Below are positions 17,184-24,737 of a DNA stretch of 64,000 bases, piece after piece. Positions within the stretch are counted from its first letter, which is position 1, and each line of letters starts with the position of its first letter. Both the position numbers and the translations under genes were made by a program. The notes under the pieces were generated by a model, which saw only the letters and a list, made by a program, of their open reading frames with translations, made no database searches and was not told where the DNA came from. Source of the DNA: a virus. The stretch lies in the IMG/VR virus record IMGVR_UViG_3300047274_000223, one strand, 5' to 3'.

Positions 17184-18098
17184 ATGAAGAACACACATCT
17201 CGAACATCCTGAAGATTCTGTACTGCTGGGCAAGGAATCTGTGATGCAAACTATCAACTACCTTCGCAACTGCAAGGGTAATTGTAGTGTGAAATATGAT
17301 GGTGCTCCGGCTATTGTGTTTGGTACAAATCCTGAGAATGGTAAGAAGTTTGTTGGTACTAAAAGTGTATTCAACAAGGTAAAAGTTAAAATCAATTATA
17401 CTCATGCCGACATTGAAAAGAATCACGGCAACAATCCTAAAGTCGCAGCGATTCTTCATACCTGCCTCGCTACGTTCCCGCAGTTTGAAGGGATTTATCA
17501 GTGCGATTTTATTGGTTATGGTGGGCAAACATCTTTTACGCCTAATACTCTTACCTATGATTTTGATGCCGTTCCAGGTATTCTGGACGTTGATATTGTT
17601 GTTGCTCCTCATACACATTATGTGGGAGATTCCATCAAAGAATTGGATGCAGTATTTGGCGTGCCTAATTATCTTTCTGGTCGTTTTCTTGGTATTCATT
17701 TTGTAGATGGAAATGCACAATTTACCTCCCGTCGTCGTAGAATTGATTACATTCTTGGTCTTGCAAGTGTGGTTAGCAATTTTGTTAAATACCCTGACGC
17801 AAAAGAAGTAGCAGCACTGAAGATTGCAGTCAATAAATGTATCCGAGAGAATCGTCCTGTTTCTAGTGTTTTGAGTGGTAATCTGCTGCTATTGTTCAAT
17901 CTGTTGACTCAGGCCAAACTACTCATTATGGAAGGAATCACCATCACTGGTGATCAGGTTGATGCCAAGATTGACTTTGGTGTTGACTATCTGCCTGGTC
18001 ATGAAGGATATGTTCACTGCAACGAATATGGTGCATTTAAGTTAGTCAATCGCAACGTATTCTCTCACTATAACTTTACTTTGCCTAAGGGATGGTGA
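17184..18098 (+). CDS. Conserved T4-like protein with ATP-dependent ligase/nucleotidyltransferase motifs (DUF6267-like)
   Basis: NTHLEHPED, VKYDGAPA (motif I KxDG), EGYV (motif IV), FKLV (motif V). Confidence 0.65.
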   Translation: MKNTHLEHPEDSVLLGKESVMQTINYLRNCKGNCSVKYDGAPAIVFGTNPENGKKFVGTKSVFNKVKVKINYTHADIEKNHGNNPKVAAILHTCLATFPQFEGIYQCDFIGYGGQTSFTPNTLTYDFDAVPGILDVDIVVAPHTHYVGDSIKELDAVFGVPNYLSGRFLGIHFVDGNAQFTSRRRRIDYILGLASVVSNFVKYPDAKEVAALKIAVNKCIRENRPVSSVLSGNLLLLFNLLTQAKLLIMEGITITGDQVDAKIDFGVDYLPGHEGYVHCNEYGAFKLVNRNVFSHYNFTLPKGW

Positions 18099-18101
18099 AC
18101 G

Positions 18102-18155
18102 ATAAGGAACACTGATCAATGAGGGGTTGACTTTTGCCCCTAGATCCTATATTGT
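18102..18155 (+). promoter_or_regulatory. Early promoter cassette
   Basis: ATAAG-N5-CTGAT, N10, TTGACT-N17-TATTGT. Confidence 0.85.
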
Positions 18156-18179
18156 ATCTAAGTAATCGACAGAACACAC

Positions 18180-18302
18180 ATGTTTGACGAAATCATGGAC
18201 ATGCCTGGTGAGATCTTCGACATTAGTGATGAAGATCGTGAGGAAATGGCAAAGGTATTTGCTATGTCCGAAGAAGAGTATGATCTTTACTGGAACTCCT
18301 GA
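18180..18302 (+). CDS. Small acidic hypothetical protein
   Basis: First ATG after promoter; 40 aa. Confidence 0.55.
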   Translation: MFDEIMDMPGEIFDISDEDREEMAKVFAMSEEEYDLYWNS

Positions 18303-18326
18303 ACTTTCACTTTAACTAACAACATC

Positions 18327-18746
18327 ATGGCAACACGTTCACGCATTGGTATTCAACTTGCTGACGGATCTGTTCTGTCTGTTTATCACCACTGGGATGG
18401 TTATCCTGAGTGGTTGGGTCGTATTCTTCGCACACATTACAACGATCGTTCTAAAGTTGCAGAACTGATTGATGGTGGAGACATGAGCTCTGCATGGACA
18501 AATTGTGGTTGGAATAATGAAACTCGACCCACAACTGGTCCTCTATACTATTCTGAACGTGGTGAAGAGTATCAACCACCTCGTCTTGATGAAAACAAAT
18601 ATGAATATCTTGGTCGTAACAACTCTGGTGAAGAGTATGCTTATCTATTTGTAAATAACGAATGGATTTGCTATAATCTTCATCTGTTTGAAGAAAACAC
18701 TATGCCTACGATTGCTGAGATCCCCAGTGGAGCACTTATGGCATGA
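18327..18746 (+). CDS. Conserved phage hypothetical protein
   Basis: MATRSRIG...SVY.HWDGYPE.LG..L..HY...LI.GGD.S...EEYAYLF family. Confidence 0.8.
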   Translation: MATRSRIGIQLADGSVLSVYHHWDGYPEWLGRILRTHYNDRSKVAELIDGGDMSSAWTNCGWNNETRPTTGPLYYSERGEEYQPPRLDENKYEYLGRNNSGEEYAYLFVNNEWICYNLHLFEENTMPTIAEIPSGALMA

Positions 18747-19018
18747 AACTATTATTTCACAAAGCACCCGAAGGTTATCACTATGAGCGCACCAATTTTA
18801 AGACTAATCTTAGTGCAATTTGGATTGTTAATGACAATCACTTTGACTATTGTGGGTGCTCTGGTGTTAAGTCTATCTGGGGATTCTACAACACCAAGAC
18901 AAAACAATTCCACGCACCAGTTAATAGTAAGACAGTGGGAAGTGTAGTAGAACTGAATAAAACTACTGCCTACAGTGCGATGCAAAAGTTAAAAGATAAT
19001 TTGACAGAAACAGTATGA
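18743..19018 (+). CDS. Conserved cyanophage hypothetical protein
   Basis: H.APEGY.Y...IW...SIWGFY.TKT...AP.NS..VG pattern. Confidence 0.7.
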   Translation: MKLLFHKAPEGYHYERTNFKTNLSAIWIVNDNHFDYCGCSGVKSIWGFYNTKTKQFHAPVNSKTVGSVVELNKTTAYSAMQKLKDNLTETV

Positions 19019-19635
19019 TAACTCACTTATTTTCTCATCCACTATGGAAATCAAAATTAAAACTTGATTCTGAGACTAAACACCATCTTCTCCAACAGAT
19101 TGAGGAGAACTATCAAATTTTTCAAGATTATGTTCACCCAAAGTGGAATTGTAATGTTCATTCATCTTGCTTAGAAAACAACGAAATAGATTATACTTCA
19201 CTGTTAAAGTATATTAATCAGCAGTATTCTGAGTTTTCTAATCTGAGGCAACTGAAAGTACACTTATATAAGATTGGTGGGCCTTGGTACAACTATTATC
19301 TGAACGGATCTAATCAAGAACCACACTCACATGCTGATCAAGATGTAATCTATAGTGGTGTTTATTTTCTTAAACTCAACCAGGATCATCCACGAATAAC
19401 ATTTTACAACACATCTGGATCATTCTTATACTATGAAGGTCAAAGACAACTTCTTAGTTTATATGATCGTTCAAATATAGATCACACAAACACCTGCCCA
19501 TTCTATGATCTCAATGTAAGTGAAGATGATCTAATTTTCTTCCCAGCATATCTAAGTCACGGAGTTTATATACAAAAGACGGCCGAACCGAGAATAACTA
19601 TAAGTTTTAATTTTGTCTTAGATAAGCACTGCTGA
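19015..19635 (+). CDS. Putative 2OG-Fe(II) oxygenase (TIGR02466-like)
   Basis: WYNYY...QEPHSH..YSGVYFL...LIFFPAYL.H.V...RITISFN. Confidence 0.85.
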   Translation: MITHLFSHPLWKSKLKLDSETKHHLLQQIEENYQIFQDYVHPKWNCNVHSSCLENNEIDYTSLLKYINQQYSEFSNLRQLKVHLYKIGGPWYNYYLNGSNQEPHSHADQDVIYSGVYFLKLNQDHPRITFYNTSGSFLYYEGQRQLLSLYDRSNIDHTNTCPFYDLNVSEDDLIFFPAYLSHGVYIQKTAEPRITISFNFVLDKHC

Positions 19636-19675
19636 TGGATCAGGGGTTGACTTCTGCCCTCTGATCCTTTATTGT
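19622..19675 (+). promoter_or_regulatory. Early promoter cassette
   Basis: ATAAG-N5-CTGAT, N10, TTGACT-N17-TATTGT. Confidence 0.85.
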
Positions 19676-19697
19676 ATTCACATACCAATCAAATCAC

Positions 19698-20927
19698 ATG
19701 AAACTTCGTCATCACCAAGCAGAGATCCTTGATGCAATGAATCAGCACAAGATCGGTCAAATTGTTGTGCCTACTGGTGGCGGTAAAACTCTCTGCATGA
19801 TCATGAATCTGCTGCAACGTTTTGTGCGGAATCCTGGTCAGGTTGCTGTTGTTGTTGCTCCTCGTATTCTGCTTGCTGAACAACTCTCTAGCGAGTTTCT
19901 GGAGTTTATCACCAGTGCAAATGTGATGCACGTTCATAGTGGTGAAACTCATCACTATTCTACTACCAAATCCGACAAGATTGCGGATTGGGTTACTCAA
20001 CATGCGGACACCAATCGCATCATCTTCACCACTTATCACTCCCTCGGCCGTGTAGTCGATGCTGGTGTGAATGTGGACGTTGCTTATTTCGATGAGGCAC
20101 ACAATTCTACGCAGAAAAAGCACTTCATCTCTGTTGCTGCTACATCTCTGTCCGCAGATAGCAAGTATTTCTTTACTGCTACTCCCAAACATCACACCAA
20201 TCCTAATGCTAACGGCATGAACAACGTTAGCATCTACGGAAACGTGATTCACAACGTTCGTGCTCAACAACTGATCGAGTCTGGTTGTATCATTCCTCCG
20301 CAAGTTGATACCTACAAGGTAGACATCACCCGCGATAAGCGCACCGCTGCTGAGGCAGATCGCAATATGATTGTGGATATTCTTGACACTCTGGAGGGAA
20401 CTCCTAAGGTGTTGGTTGCTGCTCCTAGCACCAAAGTTATGTGGAATATGCTCACTAACTCTGACATCCTTAAGGAACTCGAAGATCGTGGATTTGGCAT
20501 CCTTCACATTACATCTAAGCATGGGGCCTATGTTAATCGTACCAAGGTCAATCGTGAGAAGTTCTTTGACACTCTGACTGAGTGGGGCAAAGACAAATCC
20601 AAGAAGTTTGTGCTCCTTCACTATAGCATCCTGTCCGAAGGTATCAACGTGCCAGGTCTCACCAACTGCATCATGTTGCGTCAAATGCCTATCATCGAGA
20701 TGGCACAGACTGTAGGACGTGTTATCCGTATGGACAAAGATGATGCTGCTGATATTGCTTCTGGCAAGATTCCTGCTGGTGCATGTCATCTGTATCGCAA
20801 ACAGTTTGGTAGTGTGATCGTGCCAGTGTTCACCAACTATGGTAGTGCTATTGCCAAGCGATTGCAGGGTGTTGTTGATACCATCTTCGTGCAAGGTTTG
20901 CCTGCTATTTCTACCATGACTCGCTGA
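19698..20927 (+). CDS. Superfamily 2 (DEAD/DEAH-like) helicase
   Basis: PTGGGKT (motif I), FDEAH (II), FTATP (III), ILSEGINVP (V), QTVGRVIR (VI). Confidence 0.92.
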   Translation: MKLRHHQAEILDAMNQHKIGQIVVPTGGGKTLCMIMNLLQRFVRNPGQVAVVVAPRILLAEQLSSEFLEFITSANVMHVHSGETHHYSTTKSDKIADWVTQHADTNRIIFTTYHSLGRVVDAGVNVDVAYFDEAHNSTQKKHFISVAATSLSADSKYFFTATPKHHTNPNANGMNNVSIYGNVIHNVRAQQLIESGCIIPPQVDTYKVDITRDKRTAAEADRNMIVDILDTLEGTPKVLVAAPSTKVMWNMLTNSDILKELEDRGFGILHITSKHGAYVNRTKVNREKFFDTLTEWGKDKSKKFVLLHYSILSEGINVPGLTNCIMLRQMPIIEMAQTVGRVIRMDKDDAADIASGKIPAGACHLYRKQFGSVIVPVFTNYGSAIAKRLQGVVDTIFVQGLPAISTMTR

Positions 20928-20968
20928 CATGTGGCCATGAGGATACTTTATCGGTCCTCATGTGGCCT

Positions 20969-21023
20969 ATAAGCAACATTGATGGTCTAGGGGGTTGACT
21001 TCTGCCCCCATCCGTCCTATCCT
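20969..21023 (+). promoter_or_regulatory. Early promoter cassette
   Basis: ATAAG-N5-TTGAT, N11, TTGACT-N17-TATCCT. Confidence 0.8.
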
Positions 21024-21049
21024 TACAAGGTAATCAGGAAACGCCTCAA

Positions 21050-21211
21050 ATGCGAATCGATGTTCTCTGTCCTTCCGCTCCTTGGGAGAACACTACCACC
21101 GATGAAGATCGTGCCTACGATCTAGCCTACAATCTGTCTGAAGAGTATCAGTGTGGTGTCGATCTTCGTTATAACGAGACTGGCATCATCTTCACCACTG
21201 TGTATGCTTGA
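21050..21211 (+). CDS. Hypothetical protein
   Basis: 53-aa first ORF after promoter. Confidence 0.6.
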   Translation: MRIDVLCPSAPWENTTTDEDRAYDLAYNLSEEYQCGVDLRYNETGIIFTTVYA

Positions 21212-21213
21212 TC

Positions 21214-21375
21214 ATGAAGAACTTCCGCGTTCGTGTTGAGACCTACGATGGATGTGTGACCATTTGGCATGAGAAATCCAAAGCAAAGTCCGCAGACAAA
21301 TTGATTCTCAACCGTGTCTACAATCAACTCTGTGGGTTGAACATTAAAGAAATCGAAGTTACTCCTTCTGTCTGA
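21214..21375 (+). CDS. Hypothetical protein
   Basis: 53-aa packed ORF. Confidence 0.55.
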   Translation: MKNFRVRVETYDGCVTIWHEKSKAKSADKLILNRVYNQLCGLNIKEIEVTPSV

Positions 21376-21378
21376 ATC

Positions 21379-21576
21379 ATGCAATTCCAAGTTACTGCAA
21401 TCGAGTTCGATTTTGACTCTGATGATGACTTTCCAGAGCATCAGTTTAGTAACATTACCGATGAAACTATCGGTATGATTTGGGAAGCATGTGATGAGGA
21501 AGATCTAATCGAAGAGATCACATGTGCAACAGGTTGGTGCATCAAATCCATTGATTATCGTGTGGTGTTGAAATGA
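21379..21576 (+). CDS. Conserved cyanophage hypothetical protein
   Basis: IEFDF...WEA.DEEDLIEEIT.ATGWCIKSIDY pattern. Confidence 0.7.
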   Translation: MQFQVTAIEFDFDSDDDFPEHQFSNITDETIGMIWEACDEEDLIEEITCATGWCIKSIDYRVVLK

Positions 21577-21770
21577 TTGAGTTCGTCCTGGCTACTGTCC
21601 TTTCGAATAGTCAAGCACACGCAATTCAGAACTCTGAAGATGTAAATAAGGTGTGCGCGTATGTTGTTGGTATCCCATACGCATCTGACAACTTTACTGA
21701 TGCTGAGTGGGAACGATTCAAGATATGCAAAGAACTTATCACAGAGAATAAGACTCATCAAATACTCTAA
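21573..21770 (+). CDS. Hypothetical protein
   Basis: C.YVVGIPYASDNFTD.EW.RF..C pattern; coupled. Confidence 0.65.
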   Translation: MIEFVLATVLSNSQAHAIQNSEDVNKVCAYVVGIPYASDNFTDAEWERFKICKELITENKTHQIL

Positions 21771-21811
21771 TGGTTCAGGGGGTTGACTTTTCCCCTGATC
21801 CGTTCTATCCT
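21757..21811 (+). promoter_or_regulatory. Early promoter cassette
   Basis: ATCAA-N5-CTAAT, N11, TTGACT-N17-TATCCT; TCAGGGG/CCCCTGA hairpin around -35. Confidence 0.8.
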
Positions 21812-21834
21812 TACAAAGTAATCGACAGAAACCC

Positions 21835-22032
21835 ATGGCAATCTTCTCGCTCGCCACTGATCTCGAAACTCGTGAAATGCGCTACGTTCCGCGTAACGTA
21901 GAAACCGACAAACAATCTACTTTTGCTGGACAGATTCAAGCACATGAAGGTTGGTGGTTTGCAGGATGTCACGCGGATCGTTATGCTGATGACGTGGTAA
22001 TTCCTGACATCGACGCGATCGAATTGTTCTGA
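21835..22032 (+). CDS. Hypothetical protein
   Basis: First ORF after promoter. Confidence 0.65.
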   Translation: MAIFSLATDLETREMRYVPRNVETDKQSTFAGQIQAHEGWWFAGCHADRYADDVVIPDIDAIELF

Positions 22033-22059
22033 GTTCATTCACACTTACCAAACAAACAA

Positions 22060-22332
22060 ATGACTGAGTTTATCTGCATTTCTTTCGGTCCTTCTGAAGA
22101 TGTTGCCCGCAACGGTTGGTGGAATCGTAAAGAGCGATTTGCCACTCAAGGTGAAGCCGAACGTTGTGGTCTTAATCAAATGCCAATCGCAGGAACATTT
22201 GGTTACGTTGTTATCCGCGAGCGGTCATCTGATTGGTGCATTGTGGATGAAATTGGCCTTGCTGGTGCAACTGTAGAAGCAAAAGGTTTCACCTACGTTG
22301 TATCTCCTGCCCCTGCACTTCACCTGGTTTGA
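22060..22332 (+). CDS. Hypothetical protein
   Basis: 90-aa ORF after an AC-rich leader. Confidence 0.65.
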   Translation: MTEFICISFGPSEDVARNGWWNRKERFATQGEAERCGLNQMPIAGTFGYVVIRERSSDWCIVDEIGLAGATVEAKGFTYVVSPAPALHLV

Positions 22333-22511
22333 TGAACATGAACATGTCACCTAAGTATATCATTGCATTTGTGATTGCAGTGGTTTCGATGTTTGGATGG
22401 AACGCATTTCTTGTCACTCGTGATAACAAAATGTTTGACGCATACTATACTAAGAAGGCACAAGTATGCCAGGAGATGAAGTCATTTCACCCAGATTGTC
22501 ACGTTGAGTAA
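22332..22511 (+). CDS. Small membrane-anchored protein
   Basis: N-terminal TM helix; coupled. Confidence 0.55.
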   Translation: MNMNMSPKYIIAFVIAVVSMFGWNAFLVTRDNKMFDAYYTKKAQVCQEMKSFHPDCHVE

Positions 22512-22512
22512 T

Positions 22513-22549
22513 ATCAGTTTGCCTTATCTCACCCATAAGCACCACTGAT
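22513..22549. promoter_or_regulatory. Inverted pair of 15-bp sites (37-bp imperfect palindrome)
   Basis: ATCAG-N5-CTTAT-N7-ATAAG-N5-CTGAT. Confidence 0.7.
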
Positions 22550-22659
22550 CAAAAAAAGTCTGGTTTTGTATCACCACGAACTACGGGCCCCCTGGTGATC
22601 GGTTATTGTATGTTCATCGGGGTTGAGAGAGACCCCAAACACACACAAACTTCACTCAA

Positions 22660-22914
22660 ATGACTGTTACCTACCAAACCAACATTGCCGACCAAACCTA
22701 TAACGGTTGGACAAATTACGAGACCTGGAATGTTGCTCTGTGGTTGCAGAATGATCAGGGTTTGTATGATCTTGCCCGTGAGTATTTCACCTATGATGTT
22801 CTTGCTGAAGTGCTCTATCTTGAGTTCGGACTGAAAGAAACTCCTGACGGTGTTAAGTTCAACGATCCTAAAATCAATCGGATCGAGATGAACGAAATGC
22901 TCGAAGATCTCTGA
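22660..22914 (+). CDS. Conserved phage hypothetical protein
   Basis: YNGWTNYETWNVALW..ND.GLY...TPDGV...D..IN..E..EM family. Confidence 0.8.
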   Translation: MTVTYQTNIADQTYNGWTNYETWNVALWLQNDQGLYDLAREYFTYDVLAEVLYLEFGLKETPDGVKFNDPKINRIEMNEMLEDL

Positions 22915-22958
22915 TTCCGCATCACTAACTCTTTTCACACTCATTCACTCAAACTCCC

Positions 22959-23177
22959 ATGACTTTCGTTGATTCTCTGATTGCTGCTGGTTACGTCTTC
23001 GATGATGAGAACTTTGATGCTTGTTATGTAAAGCACGATGAAGAAGAAGGCGTGATTCACTGTTATCAAGAAGGCGAAGATGATGGTCTTTGGAATTACG
23101 TCAAGATGACAGATGGTGTGTTCGATGTTATCACTGAGGTGACATTTGATCCTAACGTGAACACCATCTCTCTCTGA
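22959..23177 (+). CDS. Acidic hypothetical protein
   Basis: ORF after AC-rich leader. Confidence 0.6.
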   Translation: MTFVDSLIAAGYVFDDENFDACYVKHDEEEGVIHCYQEGEDDGLWNYVKMTDGVFDVITEVTFDPNVNTISL

Positions 23178-23212
23178 TGACTAAACGTTTAACCTGCAAA
23201 TCACCTAACAAA

Positions 23213-23329
23213 ATGAATCTCTTCACTGTTCTGATTGTCCTCCTGTGTATTCTTTCTCCACAAGCACGATATACAATAGGAAGTGCATTTGTGTTCGTTG
23301 GCCAAACTTTGCAAGGTGAAGTTAAATGA
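23213..23329 (+). CDS. Small membrane peptide
   Basis: 38-aa hydrophobic ORF coupled to next gene. Confidence 0.45.
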   Translation: MNLFTVLIVLLCILSPQARYTIGSAFVFVGQTLQGEVK

Positions 23330-23493
23330 CTGATGCAGACAAAGTATTCGCTCTGACTGAAGTTCTCAATGATGTAATTCACACTCTTGAGATGAAACAA
23401 TACGACATTGAAGATCCTACTCTGTCGTATGAATGTGTGACAGATGCTGATAAGTTTCACCAGATCATGACCAACATTCTTCACTCAAACTGA
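23326..23493 (+). CDS. Hypothetical protein
   Basis: ATGA-coupled 55-aa ORF. Confidence 0.55.
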   Translation: MTDADKVFALTEVLNDVIHTLEMKQYDIEDPTLSYECVTDADKFHQIMTNILHSN

Positions 23494-23605
23494 TGTCACG
23501 AGCACAACGCCAAGTCAACGCATTTCGCAAACAAACTGAACAAATCCGTCACATCCTATTCAACAGGAAACCGACCTCAAAAGCAAACAAAATCACTCAG
23601 TTAAA

Positions 23606-23863
23606 ATGACTGAAGATCTTTACACTGAAATCCTCAAATCCGAACCCATGCCTCTCAGCACTCAACAAGTTCACGATCTGACTGAAGCCTATGCTAATCA
23701 TGTTATTGATGGAATGGACATGGACAGTTTGATTCAGTTTGCCTTTGAAAGTCTTGTTGCTGAGTTGAACAAATATACACCTGAAGAACTAGTTACCGAG
23801 ATCGAAGAATTGTACGATACCGATACACTTAACATGCTCTTGAATGAAACACTTGCAGGTTGA
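23606..23863 (+). CDS. Hypothetical protein
   Basis: L..AY...VIDGMD...L.Q...E.....Y...L pattern. Confidence 0.65.
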   Translation: MTEDLYTEILKSEPMPLSTQQVHDLTEAYANHVIDGMDMDSLIQFAFESLVAELNKYTPEELVTEIEELYDTDTLNMLLNETLAG

Positions 23864-23888
23864 CAAGATGACTCATTTCCAGTATAAT
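23860..23888 (+). promoter_or_regulatory. Consensus sigma70 promoter lacking the 15-bp site
   Basis: TTGACA-N17-TATAAT. Confidence 0.75.
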
Positions 23889-23891
23889 TAA

Positions 23892-24026
23892 ATGACTCAC
23901 GATTACTACAACACCGATTACACTGAACGAGATGATCTTGATTGGGATGATGTAATGAATCCAGATGAATATCTCGATCATTTGGATAAGCGTCTCTATG
24001 AAAGATCACAGAGAATGTATGATTGA
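23892..24026 (+). CDS. Small acidic hypothetical protein
   Basis: 44-aa ORF; ATG only 3 nt after the -10, so start or expression is uncertain. Confidence 0.4.
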   Translation: MTHDYYNTDYTERDDLDWDDVMNPDEYLDHLDKRLYERSQRMYD

Positions 24027-24027
24027 G

Positions 24028-24216
24028 TTTTCCACAAGTCTGCGGAAAAAGTATAAAGTTTTCCACAGGTTTTTCCACAATTAAAAATAGTTAAAAAAAC
24101 ATATGTTTGTGTTTTGTTTAACTCTTAGGAAACGTACAGTAAAGGTCACTCAGAGATGAATAAATGCCTCTCTGAATATAAGATAGAAAGCACACAGTAA
24201 AGGTCACTCAGAGATG
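24028..24216. repeat. DnaA-box-like repeats, AT-rich tract and 23-bp direct repeat (candidate origin)
   Basis: TTTTCCACA at 24028, 24059, 24071; inverted TGCGGAAAA at 24041; ACAGTAAAGGTCACTCAGAGATG at 24136 and 24194. Confidence 0.75.
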
Positions 24217-24230
24217 CAAGTTAAGCCCGC

Positions 24231-24285
24231 AGGCTATCACGACTTCTCGAATCTGTCAACCCCCAGACTCATAAAATCACCTTAT
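24231..24285 (-). promoter_or_regulatory. Leftward promoter cassette
   Basis: Minus strand: ATAAG-N5-TTTAT, N11, TTGACA-N17-TAGCCT. Confidence 0.65.
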
Positions 24286-24292
24286 CTCAATG

Positions 24293-24346
24293 ATAAGCAG
24301 CACTGATCAGAAAACGCTTGACATGCCCTCCCAAATGCCCTATATT
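24293..24346 (+). promoter_or_regulatory. Early promoter cassette
   Basis: ATAAG-N5-CTGAT, N10, TTGACA-N17-TATATT. Confidence 0.85.
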
Positions 24347-24413
24347 GAGTGCATCGGAGGGAAGGGAAACAACCCCACCCCCGACCTCTCAAACCCCTCT
24401 CAAATCGCCTCCC

Positions 24414-24737
24414 ATGCGTAAGATCGAACGTCTCATGAACCAGGCTATCACTGCCTCGAAAGATTGGAAACTCGATAACACTTCTGTCGAGTATTTCTCG
24501 GGCATGGATATCTCTCGCGTCTATCTTCATGGCAATCTGATCGCTGAGGTTGGTCCTACCTATATCCAACTGTTCGACGGTGGTTGGCAATCTAACACCA
24601 CGAAGTCTCGCCTGAATGCTATTCTTCGTGAGCATGGAATTGGCAACGAAGGTGTATTCCAGAAGAAAGGAGAATGGTTCTTTAGTTCTAACGACTATGG
24701 CACGATTCCCTTCTTCTCAGGTATGCGTATCGCCTGA
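24414..24737 (+). CDS. Conserved cyanophage hypothetical protein
   Basis: MRKIE..M..AI...DW...NT.V...VYLHGN.IA...DGGW.S.TTKSRLNAIL family. Confidence 0.8.
   Translation: MRKIERLMNQAITASKDWKLDNTSVEYFSGMDISRVYLHGNLIAEVGPTYIQLFDGGWQSNTTKSRLNAILREHGIGNEGVFQKKGEWFFSSNDYGTIPFFSGMRIA

Noticed and set aside
17166-17720. 184-aa minus-strand ORF
   Set aside because: Antisense to the ligase-like gene; no independent support.
19689-20930. 413-aa minus-strand ORF
   Set aside because: Almost exactly antisense to the SF2 helicase, with no motifs; a shadow of plus-strand codon bias.
22568-22584. Possible NtcA site (GTA...TAC)
   Set aside because: Spacing is GTA-N11-TAC, not the required GTA-N8-TAC.
13600-24346. 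Repeated cassettes read as a CRISPR array
   Set aside because: Copies are degenerate, separated by hundreds to thousands of bases of genes, and no cas genes are present; they are promoters.
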